A stretch of DNA of 64,000 bases from Gemmatimonas sp. (GCA_965279375.1 OZ257156.1:4160001-4224000), one strand, 5' to 3'. Positions 29,125 through 40,100 are shown, numbered from the stretch's first letter. Numbers and translations are program-made. The notes: a model not told the origin generated them from the sequence alone.

Positions 29125-31578
29125 CTACTCGCCGTACGGAATCCAGATGTTCTTCACCTGCACAGCGCGTCGCAGGAACTCGCGCCCCTCGCCGCTGCGC
29201 GGATCGAGCCACTCGCGACCGGTCCACTCGGTCCAGGTGCGCTTGAGATTGGCCGCCGATGCGCGTTCCACCGCGGCCGCTCCCGTCTGCGATCCCACGT
29301 ACCACACCGCGTCCACGTCGTCGTGATCGGCGAGCACACGCGACAGCGCGTCACGGGAACCCGTCACGAGATTGAGCGCGCCGGCCGGCACGTCCGACGT
29401 TTCCAGCACACTGTAGAAATCCGTCGCGATCAACGGGAACCGCTCTGACGGAACGGCGACGACGCGATTGCCCGTCGCCAAGAGCGGAGCGACCAACGAA
29501 ATCAGGCCAAGCAACGGATAGGGATCGGGGCATGCCACGCCCACCACGCCGATCGGCTCATGCATCGCGAGCGCGACGCCGCGCATCGGTACGTCGTGCG
29601 CCTGCCCGTCGTGCTTGTCTGCCCACGCGGCATAGGTGAACAAGCGCGAGACACTGGTGTCGAGTTCCAACGTTGCGGCGTGCATCGACACACCGGTGAG
29701 TGCTGCAATTCTCGCCGAGAATTCCGCATGGCGCACCGACAGATTCTCTGCGAGGTAGTAGAGAATCTGCGCGCGCTGATGCCCGGTCAGCTTGGTCCAC
29801 GCGCTTCCGGCATGCGCTGCCTCGACGGCATTGCGTATGTCCTTGCGGTTCCCGTCCCCCACCTCGCCCATCGCGTTCCCATACACATCGCGGATAACGA
29901 TGGAATACCCTGAGTCTGGGCGCGCCTGCTTTCCACCGATGAACAGCTTGGGCGTGCGGTCGATCGAGGGCATCGCGGCCGAGCCGTCGGTGTGCGTGGC
30001 GTCGGCATCGTCTGCGCGTTCGTCTGCTGCGGCAGTATCGATGGAGGCGTTGTGCACGGGAGCCGGTGCCTCCGACCGCGCGTGCACCGGCTTGAGATAC
30101 TCGCCGAGCCCCTCGCGTCCACCTTCGCGGCCAAAGCCGGACTCTTTGTAGCCGCCGAATCCGGCTGCGGCGTCGAAGAGGTTCGTGCTGTTGATCCACA
30201 CCACGCCGCACTTGAGCTTGGGCGCGACGTCGAGTGCGAGATTGATGTTCTCCGACCACACGCTCGCCGCCAATCCGTACGGCGTGTTGTTCGCCAACGC
30301 CACCGCTTCGTCCGGCGTGCGGAACGTCATCGAGACGAGCACGGGGCCAAAGATCTCCACCTGTGCGATCGTCGCTGACGGCGCCACGTTGGTGAACAGC
30401 GTTGGCGGATGGAACGAACCGACATCGGGGACCGCCCACGTCGGCTGCCAGCAGGTCGCGCCTTCCGCGACGCCCTGCGCGACGAGTGACTTGATGCGTT
30501 CCAGCTGGATCGGCGCGACGATCGCGCCCATGTCCACCGACTTGTCGAGCGGCGAACCCACACGCAGCCGTTCCATCCGCGCGCGCAGTTTGTCCGTCAG
30601 TCGTTCGGCGATCCCTTCCTGGACGAGCATGCGCGAGCCGGCGCAGCAGACCTGTCCCTGATTGAACCAGATCGCATCGACCACACCTTCCACGACGCTA
30701 TCCAGATCGGCATCGTCGAACACGATGAACGGGCTCTTTCCGCCCAGCTCGAGCGACAGCCCCTTGCCCGTTCCCGCCGTCGCCACGCGAATGGCGCGTC
30801 CGACGTCAGTGCTGCCGGTGAAGGCGATCTTGTCCACGTCGGGGTGATCGACGATCGCCGCGCCCGTACTGCCATCGCCTGTCACGAGGTTGAAGACACC
30901 GGGTGGCAGACCGACTTCGTGCACCAGCTCTGCGAAACGAATCGCCGTGAGCGGTGTGAACTCTGCGGGCTTGAGCACGACAGTGTTTCCCGCCGCGAGC
31001 GCGGGTGCGACTTTCCACGCCAGCATCAACAGCGGGAAATTCCACGGGATCACCTGCCCAACGACGCCGTACGCGTGCTGGCCGGGGAACTCGCTCTCCA
31101 GCAGCTGCGCCCAGCCCGCGTGGTGGTAGAAATGCCGAGCGACGAGCGGGATGTCGATGTCGCGCGTCTCGCGAATCGGCTTGCCGTTGTCGAGCGTTTC
31201 GAGCACCGAAAAGTGGCGCGCGTGTTTCTGAATGCCTCGGGCAAGCGCGTAGAGCCAGCGTGCGCGTGCGTGTCCATCGAGTGCCTGCCACGTGGGCAAC
31301 GCCGCGCGCGCCGCAGCCACGGCCGCGTCCACATCCGCGGCGCTCCCCTGTGAGACCTTCGCCAACGTTTTGCCGGTGGCCGGATCGTTCACCTCGAACG
31401 TTTCGCTCGAGTTGGCATCGGTCCAGCGACCGCCGATGTAGTGTCCGAACGTTCCACCGTGCGCCGCGAGCCACGCGCGCACCGGTGCGTCGCCTTCTGG
31501 CGCGGGGCCGTAGCTCATGCTGTCAAACAGGGCGCGCACCGCAGACGGTGCTTCGCTCGAAGTCGTAGAGGATGTCAT
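29125..31578 (-). CDS. ALDH16-type aldehyde dehydrogenase (ALDH plus extra C-terminal Rossmann-like domain)
   Basis: IPWNFP, FTGST, LELGGKSP, NQGQVCCAG, EIFGP, then a second partial ALDH repeat (KLFIGGKQARPD...KNIWIPYGE). Confidence 0.92.
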   Translation of the reverse strand: MTSSTTSSEAPSAVRALFDSMSYGPAPEGDAPVRAWLAAHGGTFGHYIGGRWTDANSSETFEVNDPATGKTLAKVSQGSAADVDAAVAAARAALPTWQALDGHARARWLYALARGIQKHARHFSVLETLDNGKPIRETRDIDIPLVARHFYHHAGWAQLLESEFPGQHAYGVVGQVIPWNFPLLMLAWKVAPALAAGNTVVLKPAEFTPLTAIRFAELVHEVGLPPGVFNLVTGDGSTGAAIVDHPDVDKIAFTGSTDVGRAIRVATAGTGKGLSLELGGKSPFIVFDDADLDSVVEGVVDAIWFNQGQVCCAGSRMLVQEGIAERLTDKLRARMERLRVGSPLDKSVDMGAIVAPIQLERIKSLVAQGVAEGATCWQPTWAVPDVGSFHPPTLFTNVAPSATIAQVEIFGPVLVSMTFRTPDEAVALANNTPYGLAASVWSENINLALDVAPKLKCGVVWINSTNLFDAAAGFGGYKESGFGREGGREGLGEYLKPVHARSEAPAPVHNASIDTAAADERADDADATHTDGSAAMPSIDRTPKLFIGGKQARPDSGYSIVIRDVYGNAMGEVGDGNRKDIRNAVEAAHAGSAWTKLTGHQRAQILYYLAENLSVRHAEFSARIAALTGVSMHAATLELDTSVSRLFTYAAWADKHDGQAHDVPMRGVALAMHEPIGVVGVACPDPYPLLGLISLVAPLLATGNRVVAVPSERFPLIATDFYSVLETSDVPAGALNLVTGSRDALSRVLADHDDVDAVWYVGSQTGAAAVERASAANLKRTWTEWTGREWLDPRSGEGREFLRRAVQVKNIWIPYGE

Positions 31579-31595
31579 TGCGCGATTGCTTGAGC

Positions 31596-32645
31596 TCAGA
31601 CCATGGGCATGCGGTGTGACGCGGCGTAGCGCCCCGTCACGAAATGCTCGAGCTGTCGTTCGACGTCCGTCAGCAATCCGCTCGCACCAAAGCGGAAGAG
31701 ATGCGGCCGCAGCCACCGGTCGCCCAACTCTTCTTTCATGAGAATGAGCCAGTCGAGTGCCTGCTTCGCCGTGCGAATGCCGCCAGCGGGCTTGAAGCCG
31801 ACCTCATGTCCCGTGCGAGTGCCGTAGTCGCGGATCATGCGCGTCATCACGAGCCCCACCGGCAGCGTGGCGTTGGTGGGCTCCTTGCCAGTGCTCGTCT
31901 TGATGAAGTCCGACCCGGCCATCATCGACACGAGGCTCGCGCGCGCGACGTTGGTCAGCGTCGCCAACTCGCCCACGCCAAGAATCGTCTTGAGGTGCGC
32001 CTCGCCACAGGCCTCGCGAAACGCACGTACCTCGTCGTACAGCGCGGACCAGTTACCCGTCAGCGCGTGCGACCGCGTGATCACGACGTCGATTTCGCTC
32101 GCACCGGCCTGCACCGACGCATGAATCTCCGCGAGTCGCTGCTCGAACGGCGACAGCCCGGCGGGAAAACCGGTGGACACGGCAGCCACGGGAATGCCCG
32201 AGCCTCGCAGCGCGTCCACGGCCGTGCCCACGTACTGGTGATAGACACACACGGCGCCGGTCGTCAGACCCAGATCGCGGATCCCGAGGGCGTCCACCAG
32301 ATCAGCGCGCAGAGGGTGTCGCGCCTTGGCACACAGGCGACGCACGTTCCCTTCCGTGTCGTCCCCAGACAGCGTGGTCAGGTCCATGCAGGAGATTGCG
32401 CGGAGCAGCCAGGCGGCTTGCCATTCCTTCTTTACAGTGCGACGCGCCGGCAACGAGGCCACCCGTCGCTCCACCGCACTTCGGTTGACGCGTGTCGAGC
32501 GAACGAGCGCCAGATCTAGTGCCGTCCCGGGGTTACGCAGGGGCGGCACGTCAGGCGCCAGTGGCGCGTTGGGGACGGGCGCGGCGGCGCCCGCAGAGTC
32601 GGCCAGGAGAGAGGGCCGAGCGGCGTGCAACGGAGTGACGGACAT
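31596..32645 (-). CDS. deoC: Deoxyribose-phosphate aldolase
   Basis: DLTTLSGDDT, GFPAG, EIDVVI, DFIKTSTGK, GFKPAGGIRT, RFGASGLL. Confidence 0.96.
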   Translation of the reverse strand: MSVTPLHAARPSLLADSAGAAAPVPNAPLAPDVPPLRNPGTALDLALVRSTRVNRSAVERRVASLPARRTVKKEWQAAWLLRAISCMDLTTLSGDDTEGNVRRLCAKARHPLRADLVDALGIRDLGLTTGAVCVYHQYVGTAVDALRGSGIPVAAVSTGFPAGLSPFEQRLAEIHASVQAGASEIDVVITRSHALTGNWSALYDEVRAFREACGEAHLKTILGVGELATLTNVARASLVSMMAGSDFIKTSTGKEPTNATLPVGLVMTRMIRDYGTRTGHEVGFKPAGGIRTAKQALDWLILMKEELGDRWLRPHLFRFGASGLLTDVERQLEHFVTGRYAASHRMPMV

Positions 32646-32824
32646 GGGAGACAGAATCTAGGGCGCTCCCCCGGCCGGCGCACACCCAAAACCCGCCGGC
32701 CCCATCCTCGCCCCGCACGCGCGGTCGCCCCGCCCATGCCACCTCCGCGTATGTGACACTCAACTCCGAGCGGGGAACGGCCGACACTGATCTATGCCAG
32801 TTGATTTTTCCCCCGAGGACTGCC

Positions 32825-33511
32825 ATGCGCACCGCCCGACCGCGTTACCTGCTCGCGATTCTCTTCAGCACCGTCCCGGTGTTGATGGCCTTTCCCGGCT
32901 GCTCCGCAACCGCCGTCCCGACGGCGGCCAAGCTGGTCATCGTCCAAGGGCACCTGCAGTCCGGCGCCGTCGGATCCACGTTGCCAACCGCCGTTGTGAT
33001 GCGCGTCATCGGCACGGACGGCGGCCCGGTCGACAAGATCCCGGTCAGTCTGAGCGTCATGGCCGGCGGTGGCACGGTCGATCCCGCCACGAGCCTCTCC
33101 GATGCCAACGGCGAAGTGAAGGCCAAGTGGACGCTGGGACCCAATTCGCAGGTCCAAACGCTCTCCGCAACGGCGCCCGGCGTCGAGCCGGTGCAGATCA
33201 GCGCGCTCGGCATTCTCCCGAGCGACCTCATCGTCGCACAGGGGAACAACCAGGCTGCCAAAGCCGGCGCTGCCCTGCCCGTGCAGCTCGTCATCCGCGT
33301 GACGGGCGGCAACAACGTGCCGATCCCGGGCGTGACGGTCGCAATGTCCATCACGGGTGGTGGCGGACAGATCTCCCCGCAGTCGTCGGTCACCAACGCC
33401 CTCGGTGAAGTCACGGTGCGCTGGACGCTCGGCCCGCAAGTCGGCGCGCAGTCCGCGACCGTCACCGCCGGCAGCCTTGGCCCGATCCCGATCGCCGCCA
33501 ACGCGATGTAA
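32825..33511 (+). CDS. Lipoprotein with two tandem Ig-like (Big_1-type) repeats
   Basis: Signal ending FPGC; duplicated unit QG..Q....G..LP...RV.G...GGG...P.....A.GEV...WTLGP. Confidence 0.7.
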   Translation: MRTARPRYLLAILFSTVPVLMAFPGCSATAVPTAAKLVIVQGHLQSGAVGSTLPTAVVMRVIGTDGGPVDKIPVSLSVMAGGGTVDPATSLSDANGEVKAKWTLGPNSQVQTLSATAPGVEPVQISALGILPSDLIVAQGNNQAAKAGAALPVQLVIRVTGGNNVPIPGVTVAMSITGGGGQISPQSSVTNALGEVTVRWTLGPQVGAQSATVTAGSLGPIPIAANAM

Positions 33512-33537
33512 CTCGCTGGTCGCGCGGAGCGAGAGCG

Positions 33538-33699
33538 CACCGCGGGTACGCAGGGAAACTTCACCGCGTCAATCATGCGTTGACGCGGTATCAGACGCAC
33601 GGTGATCGTTCACCTGTGCGTCGGGTGGCGCGATGGACCATGGCTTGTCGCCAAGGTGCGTCGACTCCGCCAGCTTGCTGAAGTTTCCCCGCGGTGAAC
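33538..33699. other. Structured intergenic element (candidate cis-regulatory RNA / ncRNA)
   Basis: Long-range stem CACCGCGG+GGAAACTTCA / TGAAGTTTCCCCGCGGTG encloses several hairpins and abuts the AGGAG RBS of the SDR gene. Confidence 0.45.
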
Positions 33700-33709
33700 A
33701 GGAGACGTC

Positions 33710-34645
33710 GTGGCCTTTGGAGTGCCCGTCGAGTCGATGCACGGAAAGACCATCGTCGTCACGGGCGCCAGCGATGGCATCGGCCGGGCTGCCGTACGTA
33801 GCTTCGCGCAGCGCCACGCCGACACCTCGATCGTTATGATCGGGCGCAACGAGGCCAAGACCGCCGCTGCCGCACGCAGCATCATGAGCGAGACCGGCCA
33901 TCGTCTCATCACGTGGGACATCGCCGATCTCTCGCGCCAGGACGCGGTGCGCGATCTCGCTCAGCGATTGCGCGACCGACTCCCCGTCATCGACGTGCTG
34001 GTGAACAACGCCGGGGCGATGTTCCTCGAGCGAGAGCGCACCGCGGAAGGACTGGAACACACGTTCGCGCTCAATCATCTGCAGTACTTCACGTTGACGT
34101 TGCTGCTTCTGCAGCCGCTCTCTGCTGCGCCGAAGACGAGCGCTCCGACCCGCGTGCTCAACGTCTCCAGTCGTGCGCACATGGATGCACGCTTCGCGCT
34201 CGACGATCTGCAGATGGACCGCGGCTATAGCGGTATTCGTGCCTACGCCAACTCCAAGCTGTGCAACGTGCTCTTCACGTGCGCACTCGCCCGCCGGCTC
34301 GATCCGACACGCGTCGTCACGCACGCGCTGCACCCCGGTGTCGTCTCAACGCGTTTCGCGACCAATAACGGCTCACGAGGTCGAGTGCTGCGGTGGATCA
34401 TGGACCTCGTCTCCATTTCTCCGGACGCAGGCGCCGATACCATTACTTGGCTGGCCACGTCCCCAGAGGCGTCGCGTTCGTCTGGCGACTACTGGGTCAA
34501 GCGTGCGCGCGTGACGCCCTCACCCGACGCGCGCGACGCATCGCTCTCCGAAGGGCTCTGGCACGCCAGCGCCACGCTCGCTCGGCTGGATGCCGACGCA
34601 CTCATCGCCGCATCGGGCGCCGCCGCGATGAGCGTACGCGCGTGA
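33710..34645 (+). CDS. Short-chain dehydrogenase/reductase (retinol dehydrogenase-like)
   Basis: TGASDGIG, NNAG, VSSRAH, YANSK, LHPGVV.T. AGGAG lies 5 nt before GTG 33710. Confidence 0.93.
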   Translation: MAFGVPVESMHGKTIVVTGASDGIGRAAVRSFAQRHADTSIVMIGRNEAKTAAAARSIMSETGHRLITWDIADLSRQDAVRDLAQRLRDRLPVIDVLVNNAGAMFLERERTAEGLEHTFALNHLQYFTLTLLLLQPLSAAPKTSAPTRVLNVSSRAHMDARFALDDLQMDRGYSGIRAYANSKLCNVLFTCALARRLDPTRVVTHALHPGVVSTRFATNNGSRGRVLRWIMDLVSISPDAGADTITWLATSPEASRSSGDYWVKRARVTPSPDARDASLSEGLWHASATLARLDADALIAASGAAAMSVRA

Positions 34646-36087
34646 GTTTCCGCGACCTGCCGCGCGTAACGCGCGTGGTGGCTGGCGTGCTGCCGCTCGC
34701 GATTTCCTTTCGACGCGATTTCCGTCGATGGATTCGCTGGGGTGCGCCCGCTGTACGCTCCGAAGCGTTCCACGCTCGACGCGCGCAGCAGCTGGTGGAC
34801 AGCATTGCCGCGCTCGGGCCGGCGTTCGTCAAGCTTGCGCAGATCTTCGCCACCCGCGCGGACCTTGTCCGTGAACCGTACCTCAGCGCGCTCGGCACAC
34901 TCACCGATCAGGTGCCACCAGTGGATTGGCCGACGATTCGGCGCGTGATAGCCGAAGCGTGGGGCGCTGATCCGGACACCATACTCGACGAACTCAACCC
35001 CATTCCGCTGGCGGCAGGCTCGCTCGGGCAGGTGCATCGCGCGCGGTATCACGGTCGCGACGTCGTGGTGAAGGTCCTGCGGCCGGGAGTTGAAGCGATC
35101 GTGCGACGTGACATTCGCATCGCGCAGCAGATCGTGGGTTGGGTATACGCGCGCTATCCGCATCACCACGTGAACGGCTTCCGTGTGGTGCTCGACGAGT
35201 TCTCGCGCCATGTCGGCGAGGAGATGGATTTCGTGCGCGAAGGGGCGCAGTGCACTCGCATGCGCGAGCGCTTCGCCGACGAGTCGCGTCTGCGCATTCC
35301 CCGCGTGGAGTCGGAGTTGACGCGACGCGACGTGCTCGTGCTCGAGTTCATGGAAGGGACGCGCATCGACGCACTCGATGATCGCGTAGCACGCGGCGAG
35401 ATCGTCCCGACGCAACTCGTGGAAACCCTGATCGAAAGCTACGCGCGCATGATGCTGCGCGACGGTGTCTTCCACGCGGATCCCCACCCGGGCAACCTGT
35501 TGGTGGACAGCGCAGGTCGCATCATCCTGCTCGACTTCGGCATGGTCATCGCGGTCGACGTCGCCGTGCGCAAGGCGCTCTTCGAAACGATCATCGCGGC
35601 CATACGCAAAGACGCCAAGGGTACTGCGGACGGATTCTTCGCGTTGGGCATGGTCGCTCCCGGCACGTCGCGCGAGACGATGGAGCAACTGGTGGATACG
35701 CTTCTCGAGATCGCCTATGCCAACACGGATATGCAGGAACGGGCGCGCGTGCTGGCCGACAAGATTTTGCGAGAGCTGTTCAACTGGCCAATCGTACTTC
35801 CCGGCGAGTTGGTCTACTTCGCACGCACCGCGGCGCTCATCGAAGGCGTGGGTGGCCGCTACGATCGGAGCTTCAACAGCATCCGCGTGGCGAGCCCGGT
35901 GGTGTTGCGCCTGCGTCGCGAGTTGCTCGCCGTGCTGCTCGGTGAGGACGGAAAGGTGGACACGCTCACGGGCTGGGCCGCCACCGTGGGAGCCGTCGCT
36001 GGCGGAGCGATGGCGTTGATCAGCAAGACAACGCGTCGGCTCAATCGTGCGGCCGCTGAACAGGTGCAGGCCTGGCTGGACGGCTGA
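34642..36087 (+). CDS. AarF/ABC1/UbiB family atypical kinase
   Basis: LGPAFVKLAQ, PLAAGSLGQVHRA, VVKVLRP, FHADPHPGN, LLDFGM. GTGA overlap with the SDR gene. Confidence 0.93.
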   Translation: MSFRDLPRVTRVVAGVLPLAISFRRDFRRWIRWGAPAVRSEAFHARRAQQLVDSIAALGPAFVKLAQIFATRADLVREPYLSALGTLTDQVPPVDWPTIRRVIAEAWGADPDTILDELNPIPLAAGSLGQVHRARYHGRDVVVKVLRPGVEAIVRRDIRIAQQIVGWVYARYPHHHVNGFRVVLDEFSRHVGEEMDFVREGAQCTRMRERFADESRLRIPRVESELTRRDVLVLEFMEGTRIDALDDRVARGEIVPTQLVETLIESYARMMLRDGVFHADPHPGNLLVDSAGRIILLDFGMVIAVDVAVRKALFETIIAAIRKDAKGTADGFFALGMVAPGTSRETMEQLVDTLLEIAYANTDMQERARVLADKILRELFNWPIVLPGELVYFARTAALIEGVGGRYDRSFNSIRVASPVVLRLRRELLAVLLGEDGKVDTLTGWAATVGAVAGGAMALISKTTRRLNRAAAEQVQAWLDG

Positions 36088-36133
36088 TCACCGGGAGGTC
36101 TACAGCGCGTCGTCGTTGGCAACGCGGTGGAAA

Positions 36134-36171
36134 AGAAAAACGGGGCGATCGTGATGATCGCCCCGTTTTCT
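36134..36171. terminator. Bidirectional intrinsic terminator
   Basis: AAAACGGGGCGATC-gtgat-GATCGCCCCGTTTT between convergent genes. Confidence 0.88.
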
Positions 36172-36190
36172 AAGCTATCCCAAGCCTTGC

Positions 36191-36934
36191 TTACGCGGCC
36201 GGGTTGCCCTGCTTGCGGCGGCGGGCGGCGTACATCACGGCGAGCATGCCCGTGCCGAGGAGCGCGTAGGTGGACGGCTCCGGCACCGTCTGCGTGGTGA
36301 TGATGCTGCGCGGCGTCGAGGTCAGGTACTCCTGGTTCGACGCTTCGTTGCCCGTGACCTTGTCCGAGAGCACGTACCAGTCACGCGTCAGTGTGAAGGT
36401 GCGCGGCACGGCGAGCGAGAAGAAGTCGCCGTTCCCGTTGTACGAGCCGCCGAACATGTTCCAGATGGTGCCCTGAATGTTCTCGGCGTTGTAGTAGCCG
36501 CTGCCGCTCACCGGCGCGCTCGCATCGTACTGCTCGATCAGCCATGCGGCCTTCATGTAGTCGGCCTGATTGCCGCGACGCGTCTTGTTGAAGACGCCAT
36601 TGCCGACGATGCCTTCGACGTTCGTGCTGAACGCGGTCGAGTAGTATGAGTCGACGGCCGTGTTCGCGACATGCGACCAGTCGACACACCAGATGATGGC
36701 GTTGGTGATCGTGCTCGTGCCGAGGACGTCCATCTGGGCGTTGAAGCCCGTCAGGTTGGCCTTGTACGGGCCGACAGCGTAGCCGCCGACGGTGCCATTG
36801 TTGGACCAGTCGCCGGCGAACTGCACGTTGCCAAGAACCGGAGCCTGCGCGCTCGCCGTGACGGGCACCGCGACGGACGCGATCGAGGCGGCGAGGGCGA
36901 CGGCAAACGAAAAAGCGGAGCGGGAAGAGCGCAT
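36191..36934 (-). CDS. PEP-CTERM sorting-domain protein
   Basis: Signal peptide; C-terminal VPEPSTYALLGTGMLAVMYAARRRK. Confidence 0.93.
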   Translation of the reverse strand: MRSSRSAFSFAVALAASIASVAVPVTASAQAPVLGNVQFAGDWSNNGTVGGYAVGPYKANLTGFNAQMDVLGTSTITNAIIWCVDWSHVANTAVDSYYSTAFSTNVEGIVGNGVFNKTRRGNQADYMKAAWLIEQYDASAPVSGSGYYNAENIQGTIWNMFGGSYNGNGDFFSLAVPRTFTLTRDWYVLSDKVTGNEASNQEYLTSTPRSIITTQTVPEPSTYALLGTGMLAVMYAARRRKQGNPAA

Positions 36935-36988
36935 TGAGTAGAATCCGGAGAAGTGTGCGAACCGTGTGGCTTACGGCACAGCTTGGTC

Positions 36989-37003
36989 GCAAGTCGGGTG
37001 CCA
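36989..37003 (-). promoter_or_regulatory. Sigma54 (-24/-12) promoter of the PEP-CTERM gene
   Basis: Minus strand TGGCACCCGACTTGC, an exact match to TGGCAC-N5-TTGC, 55 nt upstream of the ATG. Confidence 0.82.
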
Positions 37004-37195
37004 TAGCTGAGTCTGCACCGTTATCTCGACGTAATCGACTGCCACACAACGCCTTACGCACATTCACCGTTACACGGCAGGAACCAGACTCATCCATTGG
37101 AATTTGCCCGACTGTCGCGATGTCGCACGGCGGCCACAACCGTGCGCGACAGACCATATCGCGTGCCAGAATCGCTCCCCACGACCCCGGAGGCG

Positions 37196-40100
37196 CTAGA
37201 AGATCCACTCCCGAAACAGGTCAAAGCCGAACTGTCGTGTGGGCAGAGGGTCACCGCCGAGTCGCGTGCACGGCGCAGAGCCCGGGTCCATACCCGCCTG
37301 GACGGACAGGCCGCGCGCGATGCGGTACTCCACGGCGATTCCGTACCACAGGGAGGCGCTGGTGCCGGTGGAGCGGCAGACGCCGGTGTTTACGCGCAGA
37401 AAGGCGTTCGTGCCCAGCTGCTTACCCGCCGTGATGCTCAGGTTGTCGAGCAGCGAGAGCGCCGACAGGTCGTCCTTGTTTTGGCCGCCGGCGGTGTTCA
37501 CCTGCAGCGTGTTGAAGCCGCCGGGCAGAATGCGCTGCAGGACGCCCTCGAACGTGCCGCCGATGGAAGGCAGCAGCACGCCGGTGACGGCCTTGACGGT
37601 GTTCTGGCTCTGACCGTCCAAAGCGAACGTCGGGGCTCCGAAGATCAGCAGCGAAATGATTTCCGACTCAGGGGCGCTGGCGAAGAGCGGATCGCTGCTG
37701 GAGAGCGTCACCACCGGTCGCTCGATCGTGCCACCGATATGCACTCGCACCGGGATCTCGCCGCCGGTGGAGAGTCGCACCACGTTGGTAGCGCTGATAT
37801 CGAGCGTCGGAGCGATTGCGTCGGTACCGAAGAAGCGCACGCTCCCCGAGTCCACCGCGAAGCTCCGGTTCACGACGCCGAGGTCAAGGCGATACTGCCC
37901 GCGGTTCGCCGTGATCTCACCTTCCAGCGCGAGCTTCTCGCCCGTGGTGGTGATGGCCAATCCGCCGGCGATCTTCACCTTGGCTTCGGGCGTCTGCACC
38001 CACACTTCTTCGCCCATGTCGATGCGCGCGTTCGACACCGAGATGAAGCGCCCCAACCGCGAGAGTGACTGCGCGGCACTCGCCGCCACCGGTACCTCGT
38101 CGAGACCGAGCAGTTCTCGCGCCGCATCTGTATTGAGGTCGAGCGCGGTGCTCGCCCCAAGTGGGTCAAACACGATGTTCGCGTTCGGCACGAACAAACG
38201 TCCGCTCACGTCCGGTCGCTTGAGCGGTCCGCGCACATCGACGTTGCCACTCAGATCGAGCACCGTGCCGTCGCTCTGACGCGCGAGCGCGACGTTGTTG
38301 GCCGCGATCGCGAGTTGCACCGTGGCCGGCTCGTTCACCGCGAAGCGCATGCCGCCGCGTGCGCCAAGCGTGTCGCCGGCCGCACCACTGCGCAGTCGAA
38401 GCGTTTCGAGAATCAACGAGTCCTGCGCCGCGCGCAGCACCATGCGGCCCTCGGAGGGCGCGATTCCCAGCTGCGCCACACGCGCGGAAAACTGATCGAG
38501 CGTCATTGTCCCAGTCGCAACGGGACGATCCATCGTGCCGCCAATGGCGAGCCGACCGGAGACGACGCCGCGCGCGTCACTGACGCCATCCACCACGAGA
38601 CCAAGCGCCTGCAGTCGCAACGAGTCCGACACCAACTCGGCGTCCACCGCGTCGGAGAGCGTGCGCTTCTCCATGCTGCGCAGCGCGAGATCGATCGGGA
38701 CTCGCGCCTCCGCGTTGACTGACCCGCCGAGCGTATCGCGAATCGTCGCGCGCGCGACCAGTCGCTTGTCGGCGTAGTTGCCATCGCTGTCGATGCGCGG
38801 CAGGTACGTACCGTTGAGTCCCAACGAATCGGCGCGAATCGTCCACGACAGCAGCGGCAGGTCGCGCGTACCGCCCAGTGTCGCCGCCCCCGAGATGGTG
38901 CCATCGAACGGCTGGCTCCCGGTAGCAAAGGTCGCGGCTTCGCCGATCGGGAATCGATCGAGTCGCAGCAGTGCACTCACGGGGCCGCTCAGAGGCACGT
39001 CCGCCGTCAGCCCCAGCATCCCCTGCGACGTCGAGCGGACCTCAAGCGAATCGACGCGCGTCCCTCGCGCATCCGAGCGCACGTGAATGGGTGCGAGATT
39101 CCGCCAGGTCACGCTGTCGTAGCTGAAGCGCAGCGAGTCGAGCGCCACGTCGACGGTGCCCGAGTCGCGCGTGAAGCCGCCGCGAATTCGAAGATGTGCA
39201 TCGTCTCGCGAGCTGACGTCCACCATCAATCGCCCGGCCGCCGGATTGGCATCCGACACCTTGAACTCGGCCGACGCGATCCGCACGGCTCCAATGCCAT
39301 CCACGCCGTCGGCCGTGGCCGCCCCCTCGAAGCGCGGCGCCGTGAGCACGTTCTCGGCGCGCATCGAACCGAAGATTCGTTCGAGCCGCAGGCTACCCAC
39401 CTGCATCTCTCGGGCACCAAGTGCGAGTGTCGCCGAAATATCCTGCAGCGAGCCCACAAGGAATCCGGCGACGGACGCTTCGCCGGTGAGTGTGTCGGCG
39501 GCATACGCGCGCATTGAGCTGGCCGACGCCGAATCTGCCGGCTCCACCATCGCCGCAAGTCGAGTGAGCTGCGCACGCACCTGCGCGAGCGTATCGGCCC
39601 GCGCTGCGACCTGCAGCGTATCGCTGTTGGTCGAGTCGCGGGCCAGTGCGCCATGCGCGTCCACGGTCACGCCGCCGATGCGCATCGTCGCGGAGTCCAC
39701 CGTCAGCCGGCGCGTGTCGAGTCGCGCGCTGCCAAGGAAATCGAACGCAGGGCGATTGTCGGTCTGCGTTTGCGCGAGGTCCATCGTGCCGATGCCCCGC
39801 TCGAGGGCGAGCGCTCCATCCTTCGAACGCGTTCCCGCCGCGTCGACTTGCACGCGTCCGCTGATGGATGTCGCTGGCGTGCTCGCCGTGCCCACCCAGG
39901 TCCGCGCGTTGAGTGCGTCCACGGTGCCGGCCACCGTCGCGCGCCACGTCGCATCGATGAGCGACGCCGTGCCCCGCAGATCGAGCGTGCCATCGCCCAC
40001 GGCGCCGAACTTTGCGTCCCACGCGAGCTGTTCGAGTGTGCCGGTCGTGTGCACGGTGCCCGCGAGATCGGCGCGCAGCGTCATCGCTGAGTCGTTCGTC

